Shown one piece after another: positions 63,821 through 64,000 of a stretch of DNA of 64,000 nt. Position 1 is the stretch's first letter. Every line of letters starts with the position of its first letter. The stretch lies in NCBI GenBank assembly GCA_030704615.1, contig CM060731.1:43648001-43712000 (forward strand), given 5' to 3'. The stretch comes from Takakia lepidozioides (taxonomy: Eukaryota > Plantae > Bryophyta). A program made the position numbers and the translations under genes. The notes under the pieces are model-generated. The model was not told where the DNA came from. It did not search any database and saw only the letters and a list, made by a program, of their open reading frames with translations.

Positions 63821-64000
63821 TGTTACTGTGATGAATCAGTACTTAAGACACCTGAGCATTGGGTTCTTGACAAACATTGTCAACACACACTTAACAACCT
63901 AACTTCCACAATGACCATCTAATTTGCTAAGCTAGTAAATTTTATTGTTTGACATGCAATTATTGATTAGTTAATTTATACGTAACTCGTATGTTCTTGA

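Overview
Eukaryotic, intron-rich DNA from a non-flowering land plant, inferred from a flavodiiron-protein fragment, PDF-motif PPR genes and a bryophyte/fern-style PPR consensus. There are two apparently intact host genes: an IRE/IREH1-type AGC kinase (5' end outside the window, 494-9990) and a chalcone-isomerase-fold fatty-acid-binding protein (51752-55726). Between them lie about 40 kb of transposon-derived and decayed sequence. This includes (i) a 6.9 kb IS3EU-type integrase-family DNA transposon (16432-23293) with ~320 bp TIRs and a 6 bp TSD, which has captured host gene fragments (aldo-keto reductase, flavodiiron protein) and contains a nested LINE. It also includes (ii) two arms of what looks like one large MuDR-like element split by an inversion. 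One arm carries the MULE-SWIM transposase. The other carries a Ulp1 protease, a second SWIM domain and a possible amino-methyltransferase-like domain. The window also holds a disrupted BAHD acyltransferase, a PDF-motif/PLS-PPR pseudogene, a UGT fragment, RTE-X-like and L1 LINE pieces, a chromovirus fragment, a MITE and a structured tRNA-derived SINE. All family assignments come from motif recognition by eye. No database searches were run.
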